Shown here piece after piece: positions 56,445-64,000 of a stretch of DNA of 64,000 bases. Each line of letters opens with the position of its first letter. The stretch's first letter is position 1. The DNA is from Methanothrix sp. (GTDB lineage: Archaea > Halobacteriota > Methanosarcinia > Methanotrichales > Methanotrichaceae). The stretch lies in NCBI GenBank assembly GCA_963682135.1, contig OY821645.1, positions 352,001 through 416,000 on the forward strand, in the 5' to 3' direction. The notes beneath the pieces were generated by a model, which made no database searches, was not told where the DNA came from, and worked only from the letters and a program-made list of their open reading frames with translations. The translations under genes were made by a program, and so were the position numbers.

Positions 56445-57281
56445 ATGCACAGATGGGACCCGAGAGTATATGAGAAGAGTTCGTCCGCCCAGCAGAAATG
56501 GGCACAGGAACTTCTATCCAGGATCTCTGTCCGAGGAGATGAACAGATTCTCGATATCGGATGTGGAGATGGCAAAATCACAGCAGAAATTGCACTCCTT
56601 GTCCCCAAGGGATCTGTCATGGGCCTCGACAATTCCGTGGAGATGCTCGGCTTTGCTAGGCTACGGTTTCCGCCTTCGAGCCAGCCTAACCTATCTTTCC
56701 AATATGGAGACGCTTCGCAATTGAAGTATGAAAATGAGTTCGATCTCGTTCTCTCTTTTGCATGCCTCCATTGGGTGCAGGATCATGGACCGGTTCTGGA
56801 GGGGATCAAACGCAGCCTCAAGAATGATGGTAAGGTCTTAATGCAGTTCGGAGGCAGGGGCAATGCTGCCGCGATCCTGGAGGTTGTAAATGGGCTTATT
56901 TCTGAGGAGAAATGGTCCGGGTACTTCGAAGGTTTCTGGTTTCCTTATGGCTTATTCGGCCCTGACGAGTATCGGATCTGGGTTGAACGTGCGGGCCTGA
57001 GCGTCTTGAGGGTGGAGCTGGTAGCAAAGGATATGGTCCAGAGGGGACGAGAGGGTTTGATCTCTTGGTTCAAGACTACATGGCTGCCATATATCGAAAA
57101 AATACCAGAGGATTTACGAATGGATTTTATCAGCGAAGTGGTTGATCGGTATATCCGGGTACATCCTCTCGATGACGAGGGAAATGTTCATGTCGGGATG
57201 GTAAGGCTGGAAGTGGAAGCCGAAAAGAATCTGAGGAAAATTGGCGGGATTAGAAATGATCAATTTTGTTACCAGCAATAA
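56445..57281 (+). CDS. Class I SAM-dependent methyltransferase (trans-aconitate-MT-like)
   Basis: WDP..Y, ILDIGCGDGKIT, FDLVLSFACLHWV. Confidence 0.9.
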   Translation: MHRWDPRVYEKSSSAQQKWAQELLSRISVRGDEQILDIGCGDGKITAEIALLVPKGSVMGLDNSVEMLGFARLRFPPSSQPNLSFQYGDASQLKYENEFDLVLSFACLHWVQDHGPVLEGIKRSLKNDGKVLMQFGGRGNAAAILEVVNGLISEEKWSGYFEGFWFPYGLFGPDEYRIWVERAGLSVLRVELVAKDMVQRGREGLISWFKTTWLPYIEKIPEDLRMDFISEVVDRYIRVHPLDDEGNVHVGMVRLEVEAEKNLRKIGGIRNDQFCYQQ

Positions 57282-57789
57282 GGGAAAGTTTGCGGAAGCT
57301 CGGGCCATCCTAGAGGATCTCGTGCAAAGGGACATCGGCTATGCTGAGATTCAGGCGGACACTTTGGAAGAGGTGGCTCTTTATGGCATGAAAGAGGTCA
57401 GAGGCCGCTTGGAGGGGCCGGTAATGCTCGAAGACGCCGGCCTTTTCGTGCAGGCTCTACAGGGATTTCCGGGCGTTTATTCAGCATATGTGCAAAAGAC
57501 GATAGGCAACGCCGGGATACTGCGGCTCATGGAGGGCCAGGAGAATCGATCGGCGTACTTCAAATCGGTGGTTGCCTACGCAGAGCCGGGCATGGAAACC
57601 GTAATGTTCTCAGGAGAGGTGCACGGGCAGATCGGTTTTGAGGCGCGAGGCAATAAGGGATTTGGCTATGACCCTATCTTTTATGTAGAAGATGTGAGTT
57701 TGGCAGAGATGGAGCTGGAGAAGAAGAATCAAATATCTCATCGCGCCAAATCCATGCGCGCTCTTAAAGAGTGGCGGCGTAGCCGGTAA
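57256..57789 (+). CDS. rdgB: XTP/dITP diphosphatase (RdgB/HAM1)
   Basis: TSNKGK, EDAGL, PGVYS, FGYDPIF, KNQISHR. Start set at ATG 57256. Confidence 0.95.
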   Translation: MINFVTSNKGKFAEARAILEDLVQRDIGYAEIQADTLEEVALYGMKEVRGRLEGPVMLEDAGLFVQALQGFPGVYSAYVQKTIGNAGILRLMEGQENRSAYFKSVVAYAEPGMETVMFSGEVHGQIGFEARGNKGFGYDPIFYVEDVSLAEMELEKKNQISHRAKSMRALKEWRRSR

Positions 57790-58083
57790 ATTTTTTTAAT
57801 CGATTCCGGATCTGCCACATAATCTGCGTGTGGCATAAATTTATATAGTAATAATATACAGTTACTGTAATGGGCAACTTTGATATTGTGAATAGGCCGG
57901 AATGTTATACAATACTCATCTAAGTAGATGATGCGAATTCAATAGTAACTAATAATATAATATTTATGTTATATTAAGTAACGAAGTGAAAAATAATAGT
58001 CCGACCACTGCGGCAAAATTATGGACGGATTAGCTGGTCGCAATCGTCTATATGGAGGCAGGGTTATCTGTAGTAATTAGGAG

Positions 58084-58320
58084 ATGTTGGTGATGGATTA
58101 TATCTCGATTTCCTTGGCGCTCGTTGGATGTCTGCTCCTTTGGTGGTCGTTTCTGGCAGTCTCCGGATTGAAGAGATCCAAGTTATGCGAGGAAAGCCAT
58201 TTTCAGATCTATCAAAAATCAAACTGCACGCGGCCACCCCACCCTAAAGGGATGGGGTATGCTTCGGGCCGCGCGCACGCCCGGTTAGCTGGAGATCAGA
58301 AATCATCGAGTCTTCTTTGA
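58084..58320 (+). CDS. Small membrane protein whose 3' end is supplied by the adjacent IS
   Basis: AGGAG RBS and TM segment ISISLALVGCLLLWWSFLAV. The frame enters the IS end near 58222. Confidence 0.5.
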   Translation: MLVMDYISISLALVGCLLLWWSFLAVSGLKRSKLCEESHFQIYQKSNCTRPPHPKGMGYASGRAHARLAGDQKSSSLL

Positions 58321-58943
58321 CCAAATTCCTTTGACCTGCAAAATCCCGGCTCTGCTTTTGTTTTCCCTTGTGATTCCTTAATGTAGTGCTGTATTGTATC
58401 AGCGGTCACATTTCCGACGGATCGAAAGAATTTACCACTTGACCACAAGCTTCCGCCCCAAAATCTTTTTTTCAATTCGGGATGAAGCTTGAACATTCTA
58501 TATGAACTGCCTCCTTTCAAAAATTGAACTACTCTTGATAGAGAAGAATTCGGATGGAATTCCAGGAACAAGTGAACATGATCGTCTACAATTTCCATTG
58601 CATGAATTTTATAGCCTTGCTCCATGCAAATTTTGTTGAGAATTAGCTCGCAATCCTTTTTAACTCGCTTGTCATAGAATATCTTGTATCGATACTTTGG
58701 CACTAATACGATGTGGTAGGTAATTTGACCATAGCCATGGCTAAAACTGCGCAATTCCAACGCGTATCACATCCTAGCCATAGGTGGGTGGCACCACCTG
58801 TGGCTAAAGTGCCAAATACGATTTCATTTTTAAAGAAGCAACGGTTGATCGATATAAGTTAACGCAAAAAACGGCGAGGGTTCACTTCATCCCCAACCTG
58901 AAGGTTGGGGTATTCGTGACCCTCTGCACTCCCGATGTAATAA
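58222..58943. mobile_element. IS200/IS605-family element carrying tnpA only (ends approximate)
   Basis: Related subterminal hairpins ccccaccctaaagggatgggg (~58237-58257) and ccccaacctgaaggttgggg (~58891-58910) flank tnpA. Confidence 0.8.
58296..58760 (-). CDS. tnpA: IS200/IS605 HUH transposase (Y1)
   Basis: YHIVLVPKYR, DHVHLF, LKGGSS, LWS..F..SVG, IQHYI. Confidence 0.96.
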   Translation of the reverse strand: MELRSFSHGYGQITYHIVLVPKYRYKIFYDKRVKKDCELILNKICMEQGYKIHAMEIVDDHVHLFLEFHPNSSLSRVVQFLKGGSSYRMFKLHPELKKRFWGGSLWSSGKFFRSVGNVTADTIQHYIKESQGKTKAEPGFCRSKEFGQRRLDDF

Positions 58944-58964
58944 AAATAATTAATTTAGCAGATT

Positions 58965-59225
58965 TTACGGTCGTTTCTTCTCCAGGGCGCAGCGCGGCAG
59001 CATTTTGTCATCAATTGCTTTGATGTAGGGCGCCTGGACAGCCGAAATATAGACTTTACGCTCTCCTATTAATATTACCTGATCTGTTGGCTTAGGCGGG
59101 CTGATTCTGATAGAGAACATCAGGGGCCCTTCACAAGTAGTGGCGACGCGAAGGTCGGTAGAGCGGGCACGGATATACTCTTCCATCTCCGGAGTGATCT
59201 TGAGGGAAAGGGGTTTCGCGGTCAT
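58965..59225 (-). CDS. Small hypothetical protein (possibly HesB-like fold)
   Basis: LKITPEMEEYI...TTCEGP...RKVYIS, only weak resemblance. Confidence 0.55.
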   Translation of the reverse strand: MTAKPLSLKITPEMEEYIRARSTDLRVATTCEGPLMFSIRISPPKPTDQVILIGERKVYISAVQAPYIKAIDDKMLPRCALEKKRP

Positions 59226-59309
59226 TGCAGGTTAGATTTCTCAAGCATATATTTAGGGTTTTGTTCCGGCCCAAAATGGTTATATCTATATTTTCCGTTC
59301 TTAATAGTC

Positions 59310-59861
59310 ATGAAAGTACGGAATAATGGATTTAAAATGGCAATGCTTCTTGGCATCTTCCTATTGCTGGCCTCGGTTGCAGACTCTCAGATGAACCGGG
59401 ACAGCCCCTTTTTGGGAAGCAAGCTTCCTCGGACGGATGATCAGAACATAGTTGGTCAGGGTCGGCTGTCAGGTTCTCCAATCGAGATCTCTGCCCCCTT
59501 CAATAATCAACCCGTCTCTGACTTGTCGATATCTGCAGATCCGAACAATACCACCTGCAATCTGGTCTCATTCCTGCTGACGATAACTCCGTCTCCCAGC
59601 GGCTCTACCGGATATCAGCCGGTAAAGGTAAGAGTGCTGGAAAACCGTCAGGGAACGCCCACCGCGGTTGCTGAACTCACTCTTCTCATGCCGGTCACGG
59701 GCGGCTTTCTGCATGAGACAATCGGCTTTTCCAGCGCAGCTTCGCCGGCTGGAGGCAGCCGTACAAACGAGATCACAGTGACGGCAGATCCGGACAATCA
59801 AATCCCGGAGACAAATGAGGGAAACAATGGCTTCACCATCAGCGGAACTTGTTTGAATTAG
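59310..59861 (+). CDS. Secreted CARDB-like domain protein
   Basis: Signal peptide and C-terminal ITVTADPDNQIPETNEGNN. Confidence 0.8.
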   Translation: MKVRNNGFKMAMLLGIFLLLASVADSQMNRDSPFLGSKLPRTDDQNIVGQGRLSGSPIEISAPFNNQPVSDLSISADPNNTTCNLVSFLLTITPSPSGSTGYQPVKVRVLENRQGTPTAVAELTLLMPVTGGFLHETIGFSSAASPAGGSRTNEITVTADPDNQIPETNEGNNGFTISGTCLN

Positions 59862-59970
59862 TGCATAGGCTAGGATAGTAAGAGCCATCCAGTCCTTTCT
59901 TCTTCCTAAAAACAACAATAATTTTTTAAATTAGAACGTCTAGTAAGGATGTTATATCGGGGAATGAAGC

Positions 59971-60234
59971 ATGAAACTAATAATAGATGACTCAAATGCA
60001 GATTTGGCTGCTCTCTTAGGCTCTATTAGAATCTTGGCACCGGAACTGTGGGGATCAGGTCGGCGCAGTCTTATTCTTCCCAAAGAATTAGGTGATTTGG
60101 AGAAACCGGAGTATCTGGAGCAAGTAAAGGGAAAAATCGAGAAAATAAAGCAGCTGCATGATATGCTTGAAGCCGGTTTAATAACTCAAGCCCAGTATCT
60201 ATCCAGAAAAGCTAAGATCCTTTCAGGGATGTGA
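59971..60234 (+). CDS. SHOCT-domain protein
   Basis: C-terminal IEKIKQLHDMLEAGLITQAQY..RKAKIL. Confidence 0.75.
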   Translation: MKLIIDDSNADLAALLGSIRILAPELWGSGRRSLILPKELGDLEKPEYLEQVKGKIEKIKQLHDMLEAGLITQAQYLSRKAKILSGM

Positions 60235-60431
60235 TCATGTCCAGCTGCGTTTCGTCATCCGCCGCGATTGATGAAAATGCAGCAATGATATGTTGGGCCT
60301 GAAGCTGAACCGTTTCGCTTTCCAGCTCCGGTTACCTGGGCTCTCTGCAGAAGATATCTCTTTAGGAACAAATGATCAATCTTCAAAGAGAAGGGGCAGG
60401 TTAATAAATAGTGGCTGCATAAGGTTAATAG

Positions 60432-60680
60432 ATGGAAATGTCTGAAGATGAAAAGCCCACTACAAGACAATCATTGCCACAATTTATTCCCAAATTCAAA
60501 GGCAAGAAAGTCATAATTCGTCTGATCTCAGGGGGCCAGCCGGTCACTGGAACTATTGACTCGTTTAACTCTTATGAGATCCTTCTCTTGACTGCGAAGG
60601 GTGAGATATTGGTCTTCAAGCACGCCATTGCCACCATTGAGATCGTGGATGAGCCGCGAGGTTATAAGCCAAATCTCTAA
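60432..60680 (+). CDS. hfq: Hfq-like Sm-fold RNA chaperone
   Basis: Sm1 KVIIRLISG..VTGTIDSFNSYEILL, short loop, and Hfq-type Sm2 LVFKHAIATI. Confidence 0.82.
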   Translation: MEMSEDEKPTTRQSLPQFIPKFKGKKVIIRLISGGQPVTGTIDSFNSYEILLLTAKGEILVFKHAIATIEIVDEPRGYKPNL

Positions 60681-60748
60681 TTTTTTTTAAAATTATTCCT
60701 GGCTGTAACGAATATCATTATTTACTATTGGGTGCATGTAAGAATTAC

Positions 60749-61492
60749 ATGAGCCTGAAGGTTACAATGCTGGGAACGGGCGTGGGCATCCCCCAGCCCG
60801 GACGCTCCCAGGCGGCGGTATTAGTGGAGAACGATAGGGCTCTGCTCCTGGATTGCGGAGCGGGCACTCTCCTGCGCCTGGACGAGGTGGGGGTCGACCT
60901 GGAAGTGCTGGACAGCGTGTTGCTCACGCACCTTCATTTGGACCACGTCTCCGATCTGTTGGCTCTGGCCAATGCCCGTTTTCTGGCAGATATGCCCGGC
61001 CTGCAAATCTTCGGGCCGCAGGGTACTGAGGTCTATTTTAAGAGCGCTCGGAGCCTCTACCCGAACCTCGGGAAGATGAGTGCAGCAGTGCAGGAGCTCA
61101 AACCCATGGATTCTTTCACCCTGAAGGGTTTTGACATTTTTGCCGAGGAGGCGCGCCACAGTGTGACGGCTCTCGCCTACCGATTGGAGTCAGAGGAAAA
61201 GGTAATAGTCTACTCCGGAGACACACAGCCCTGCCCGCGCGTGGCAGCTCTTGCTAAGGAAGCCGACCTGCTCATTCATGAGTGCTCCTTTCCTGAGCCC
61301 TTTGATGTCACCAACCACACCACACCCAAGAAGCTGGGCAGCATGATCAAGAACCAGGGGATCAAGCGCGTGGTACTCACCCACCTCTATCCGCAGGCAC
61401 AGGGATGCGAGGACGAGATGGCCGAACAGGTGATTGAGCTGTCCGGAGCGCCGACCATAGTTGGCTGGGATATGATGAGCGTGGTAATTTGA
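60749..61492 (+). CDS. MBL-fold metallo-hydrolase (RNase Z/AtsA-like)
   Basis: LGTG, LLDCGAG, THLHLDH, YSGDT, IHEC, HTT, LTHLY. Start set at ATG 60749. Confidence 0.9.
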   Translation: MSLKVTMLGTGVGIPQPGRSQAAVLVENDRALLLDCGAGTLLRLDEVGVDLEVLDSVLLTHLHLDHVSDLLALANARFLADMPGLQIFGPQGTEVYFKSARSLYPNLGKMSAAVQELKPMDSFTLKGFDIFAEEARHSVTALAYRLESEEKVIVYSGDTQPCPRVAALAKEADLLIHECSFPEPFDVTNHTTPKKLGSMIKNQGIKRVVLTHLYPQAQGCEDEMAEQVIELSGAPTIVGWDMMSVVI

Positions 61493-61514
61493 TCTCTATT
61501 CGAGTATTTTGTTT

Positions 61515-62339
61515 TCAGGATTTTAGTTCCCGCGCCTTCTCATAGCTCTCGTTGGCTTCCTTGTATCTGCCCATTTTCTCCAGGGCATAAGCTCTCTCCT
61601 TCCAGGCCAGGACATTGGACTGATTGCGCGAGAGAATGTCGTCGTATGACTCGACGGCTTTGTCCCATCTTCCCATGCTGGCAGCGATATCAGCGTTGTT
61701 AAAACCATCCCGGTCCCGGCCTGCGTCCCCCTTGAGGTAATCCTCCGCCCCGAAGAACAGAAGGCCGGCGAACATGAGGATGATGGTCATCAGAGCTATT
61801 CCCACAAGTATTACGCTCACAAATAGTGCCTGATCGATGGGTTTCCTATCCGCACGATCTTCCTTCATGTTGCTCTGACCAAGAATGGACCTCAGCTGCT
61901 CTGGAGTGATCACGGCCAGGAGACCGGCGACTGTGAGCAGCACCCCCGGAGGAATCCACATGACCCATCCCAGAAAGCCCAGGAAAGGAATCCAGGCGAT
62001 GTATCCTACTGGAAAGCCAAAAAGCCCGCAGCCGAGGAGAAGCCATGCTACTCTCTTCCTGTCTTTGGTGTAGAGAAATGCGCCCGCAATTCCCAGCGAG
62101 CCCAGCAGCAGGAACACGATGCCTCCAATCTGGCTCAAATCGCTCCAGCCAGAGGGGATGTGGGATGACGAGCCGCCTATCATCGAGGCCAGGAGATCAA
62201 AAGCTGCTATGAGCAAAGCAGCCAGACCCCCCAGGAAGGCCAGGATTTGGATGGTAAGTCGGCCCAGTCGGTCGTCGTCTGGCTGCGATGCCTGTTTTTC
62301 CGTGGATTTCAAATTCAACTCGTCATATTGCAGGTCCAT
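61515..62339 (-). CDS. Membrane protein with C-terminal TPR repeats
   Basis: About five TM helices, then GRWDKAVESYD and AWKERAYALEKMGRYKEANESYEKA. Confidence 0.85.
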   Translation of the reverse strand: MDLQYDELNLKSTEKQASQPDDDRLGRLTIQILAFLGGLAALLIAAFDLLASMIGGSSSHIPSGWSDLSQIGGIVFLLLGSLGIAGAFLYTKDRKRVAWLLLGCGLFGFPVGYIAWIPFLGFLGWVMWIPPGVLLTVAGLLAVITPEQLRSILGQSNMKEDRADRKPIDQALFVSVILVGIALMTIILMFAGLLFFGAEDYLKGDAGRDRDGFNNADIAASMGRWDKAVESYDDILSRNQSNVLAWKERAYALEKMGRYKEANESYEKARELKS

Positions 62340-62709
62340 TTTATTACCACCGAGAGCCAGGAATCTGGGGGCTTGTCCTTCTCATTACCAAACGATACAA
62401 GATATTTCTATCCACTTAATGTTATCGTTAGCTGCTATTTTGGCGGGATTGAACGCGGATTTGGTTTGTAATCTGCGGATTGCTGATATGGTCCAGTGAA
62501 AGCGCGCGTTATCAGTTATCCCACGCATCAATCATATAACTGCTATCAGGCATAAACTCTTGCTGGACGAGTGCATTCTGTGCCCAGTGAATGAAGTCGA
62601 CGAAATCGGAAAAATTATGGGGCGATACTATTGTTTTGGTCTTAACTCTTAACGTCAACTTGATATATAATAGCAAGTTAAGCATTGACCGTTTAAGTGA
62701 GGGACAAGA

Positions 62710-64000
62710 GTGAATGATGTTACTTGGCTACATTTATCTGATTTTCATTTTAATATTCGTGCCAAAAATGATTCTGAAATAGTTCTCGAAAGATTATTAG
62801 ATGATATTCGAGATTGCATATCATGCTACTCTCTTAATTTAAATTTTATAATTATATCAGGTGATATTGCTTTTAGTGGTAAAACGGAAGAGTATGATTT
62901 GGCAGCAAAATTCTTTGACAAGCTTCTGACTATAACTGGTTTAACACCAGATTATCTCTTTATGGTCCCAGGCAATCATGATGTTGATAGAAACGAAATA
63001 ACTGAACTTTCGTCAAAAATTACAAATTTTGAAAGCCGAAAAGAAGTAAATAGATTTTTAGATTGTGAAAAGGATCTACGAAATGTTCTTTCTAAGTTAA
63101 AGAATTACCAAAATTTTCTCGGCAAATATCAAGCCGAGACTCAAGAAATCATCGATAATGGTCAATATTTTTATGTTAAGCATATTAATATTAATGAAAA
63201 CGACGTCGCTATATTATGTCTCAATTCATCGTGGGCTTCAGGTCCTGATGATAAAAAAGGAAAGCTCATCGTAGGTGATAGGCAAATCATTGATTCAATC
63301 AAACAATCAGATGAAGCAGATTTGCGGCTAGCTGTATTGCATCATCCGCTCGATTGGCTAAAGGAGTTTGACCTAAAGTCCACAAGAAATAATTTATTAA
63401 AAAAATGTATGTTTGTCTTGCATGGGCATAATCATAATTCTGATTTCATTAAAGAGCTTGGTCCAAGTGCTGGAGTGATAAAAATAGCTGCAGGAGCTGC
63501 ATATGAATCAAGGGACTATCCCAATTCATACAATTTTGTAACCGTAAACCTCCAAGACCGAAATGGGAAAATATATTTTAGAACATATGCAGAAGATGGT
63601 GAATATTGGACAAAAAATGTCATGATATCCAAGGAAATGGACAACGGAATATACGAATTTGAATTACCTGCTGATATAAAGAACTTTTCCATACGTAGAC
63701 AAAAAATAAAAATCATAAGCGATACAAATCGCGAAAAGATGAATAGAAAAGCGGATATTCTGCAAAAAAACCCACAGTTTGGGCTTTTTGAGGGTATAAT
63801 TGATGACACAATAAAATTGAATAGTGCAAAAAATATATCTGATGCTGAAAGAGATTATACTGTTGAAATTATAAAACGCTTGGTTTCTGCAATAGAAAAC
63901 GGAGAAGAATGTTTTATTGAACTTTACGGCAAAATTGCCTTGGGATTTATGCCTGATGACTTAGAAATCATACTAGGTCATGATAAAGTCAAAAAATGCC
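62710..64000 (+). CDS. Calcineurin-like metallophosphoesterase domain protein, N-terminal part (runs off the right edge)
   Basis: Not in the ORF track. Manual translation from GTG 62710: WLHLSDFH...SGDIAFSG...VPGNHDVDR...LNSSW...LHHP...LHGHNH. Strongly AT-rich. Confidence 0.88.
   Translation, partial: MNDVTWLHLSDFHFNIRAKNDSEIVLERLLDDIRDCISCYSLNLNFIIISGDIAFSGKTEEYDLAAKFFDKLLTITGLTPDYLFMVPGNHDVDRNEITELSSKITNFESRKEVNRFLDCEKDLRNVLSKLKNYQNFLGKYQAETQEIIDNGQYFYVKHININENDVAILCLNSSWASGPDDKKGKLIVGDRQIIDSIKQSDEADLRLAVLHHPLDWLKEFDLKSTRNNLLKKCMFVLHGHNHNSDFIKELGPSAGVIKIAAGAAYESRDYPNSYNFVTVNLQDRNGKIYFRTYAEDGEYWTKNVMISKEMDNGIYEFELPADIKNFSIRRQKIKIISDTNREKMNRKADILQKNPQFGLFEGIIDDTIKLNSAKNISDAERDYTVEIIKRLVSAIENGEECFIELYGKIALGFMPDDLEIILGHDKVKKC

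Overview
A 64 kb archaeal chromosome segment, almost certainly from an acetoclastic methanogen of the Methanothrix (Methanosaeta) type. The evidence is three tandem acetyl-CoA synthetases plus cofC, cofE, gatD, rpl10e, aIF-2 beta and an archaeal-type cobT. Most genes are housekeeping. Accessory parts: (1) a three-gene operon of secreted Cys-rich Ig-like proteins (11849->1226) whose layout suggests a donor-strand-polymerised filament with shaft, tip and base subunits, my best candidate for an undescribed system; (2) a Trypco1 gene plus a trypsin-STAND-TM-WD40 gene, convergent with a RelE/YafQ-type toxin-antitoxin pair; (3) structured 5' leaders and stop-codon-spanning hairpins on the acs genes; (4) an IS1634 remnant nested in a tnpB remnant next to a SET-domain gene, and an intact tnpA-only IS200/IS605 element; (5) a bacterial-type Hfq gene; (6) the start of an AT-rich metallophosphoesterase gene at the right edge. 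No rRNA, tRNA or CRISPR array was recognised. All family calls come from reading motifs by eye, not from database searches.
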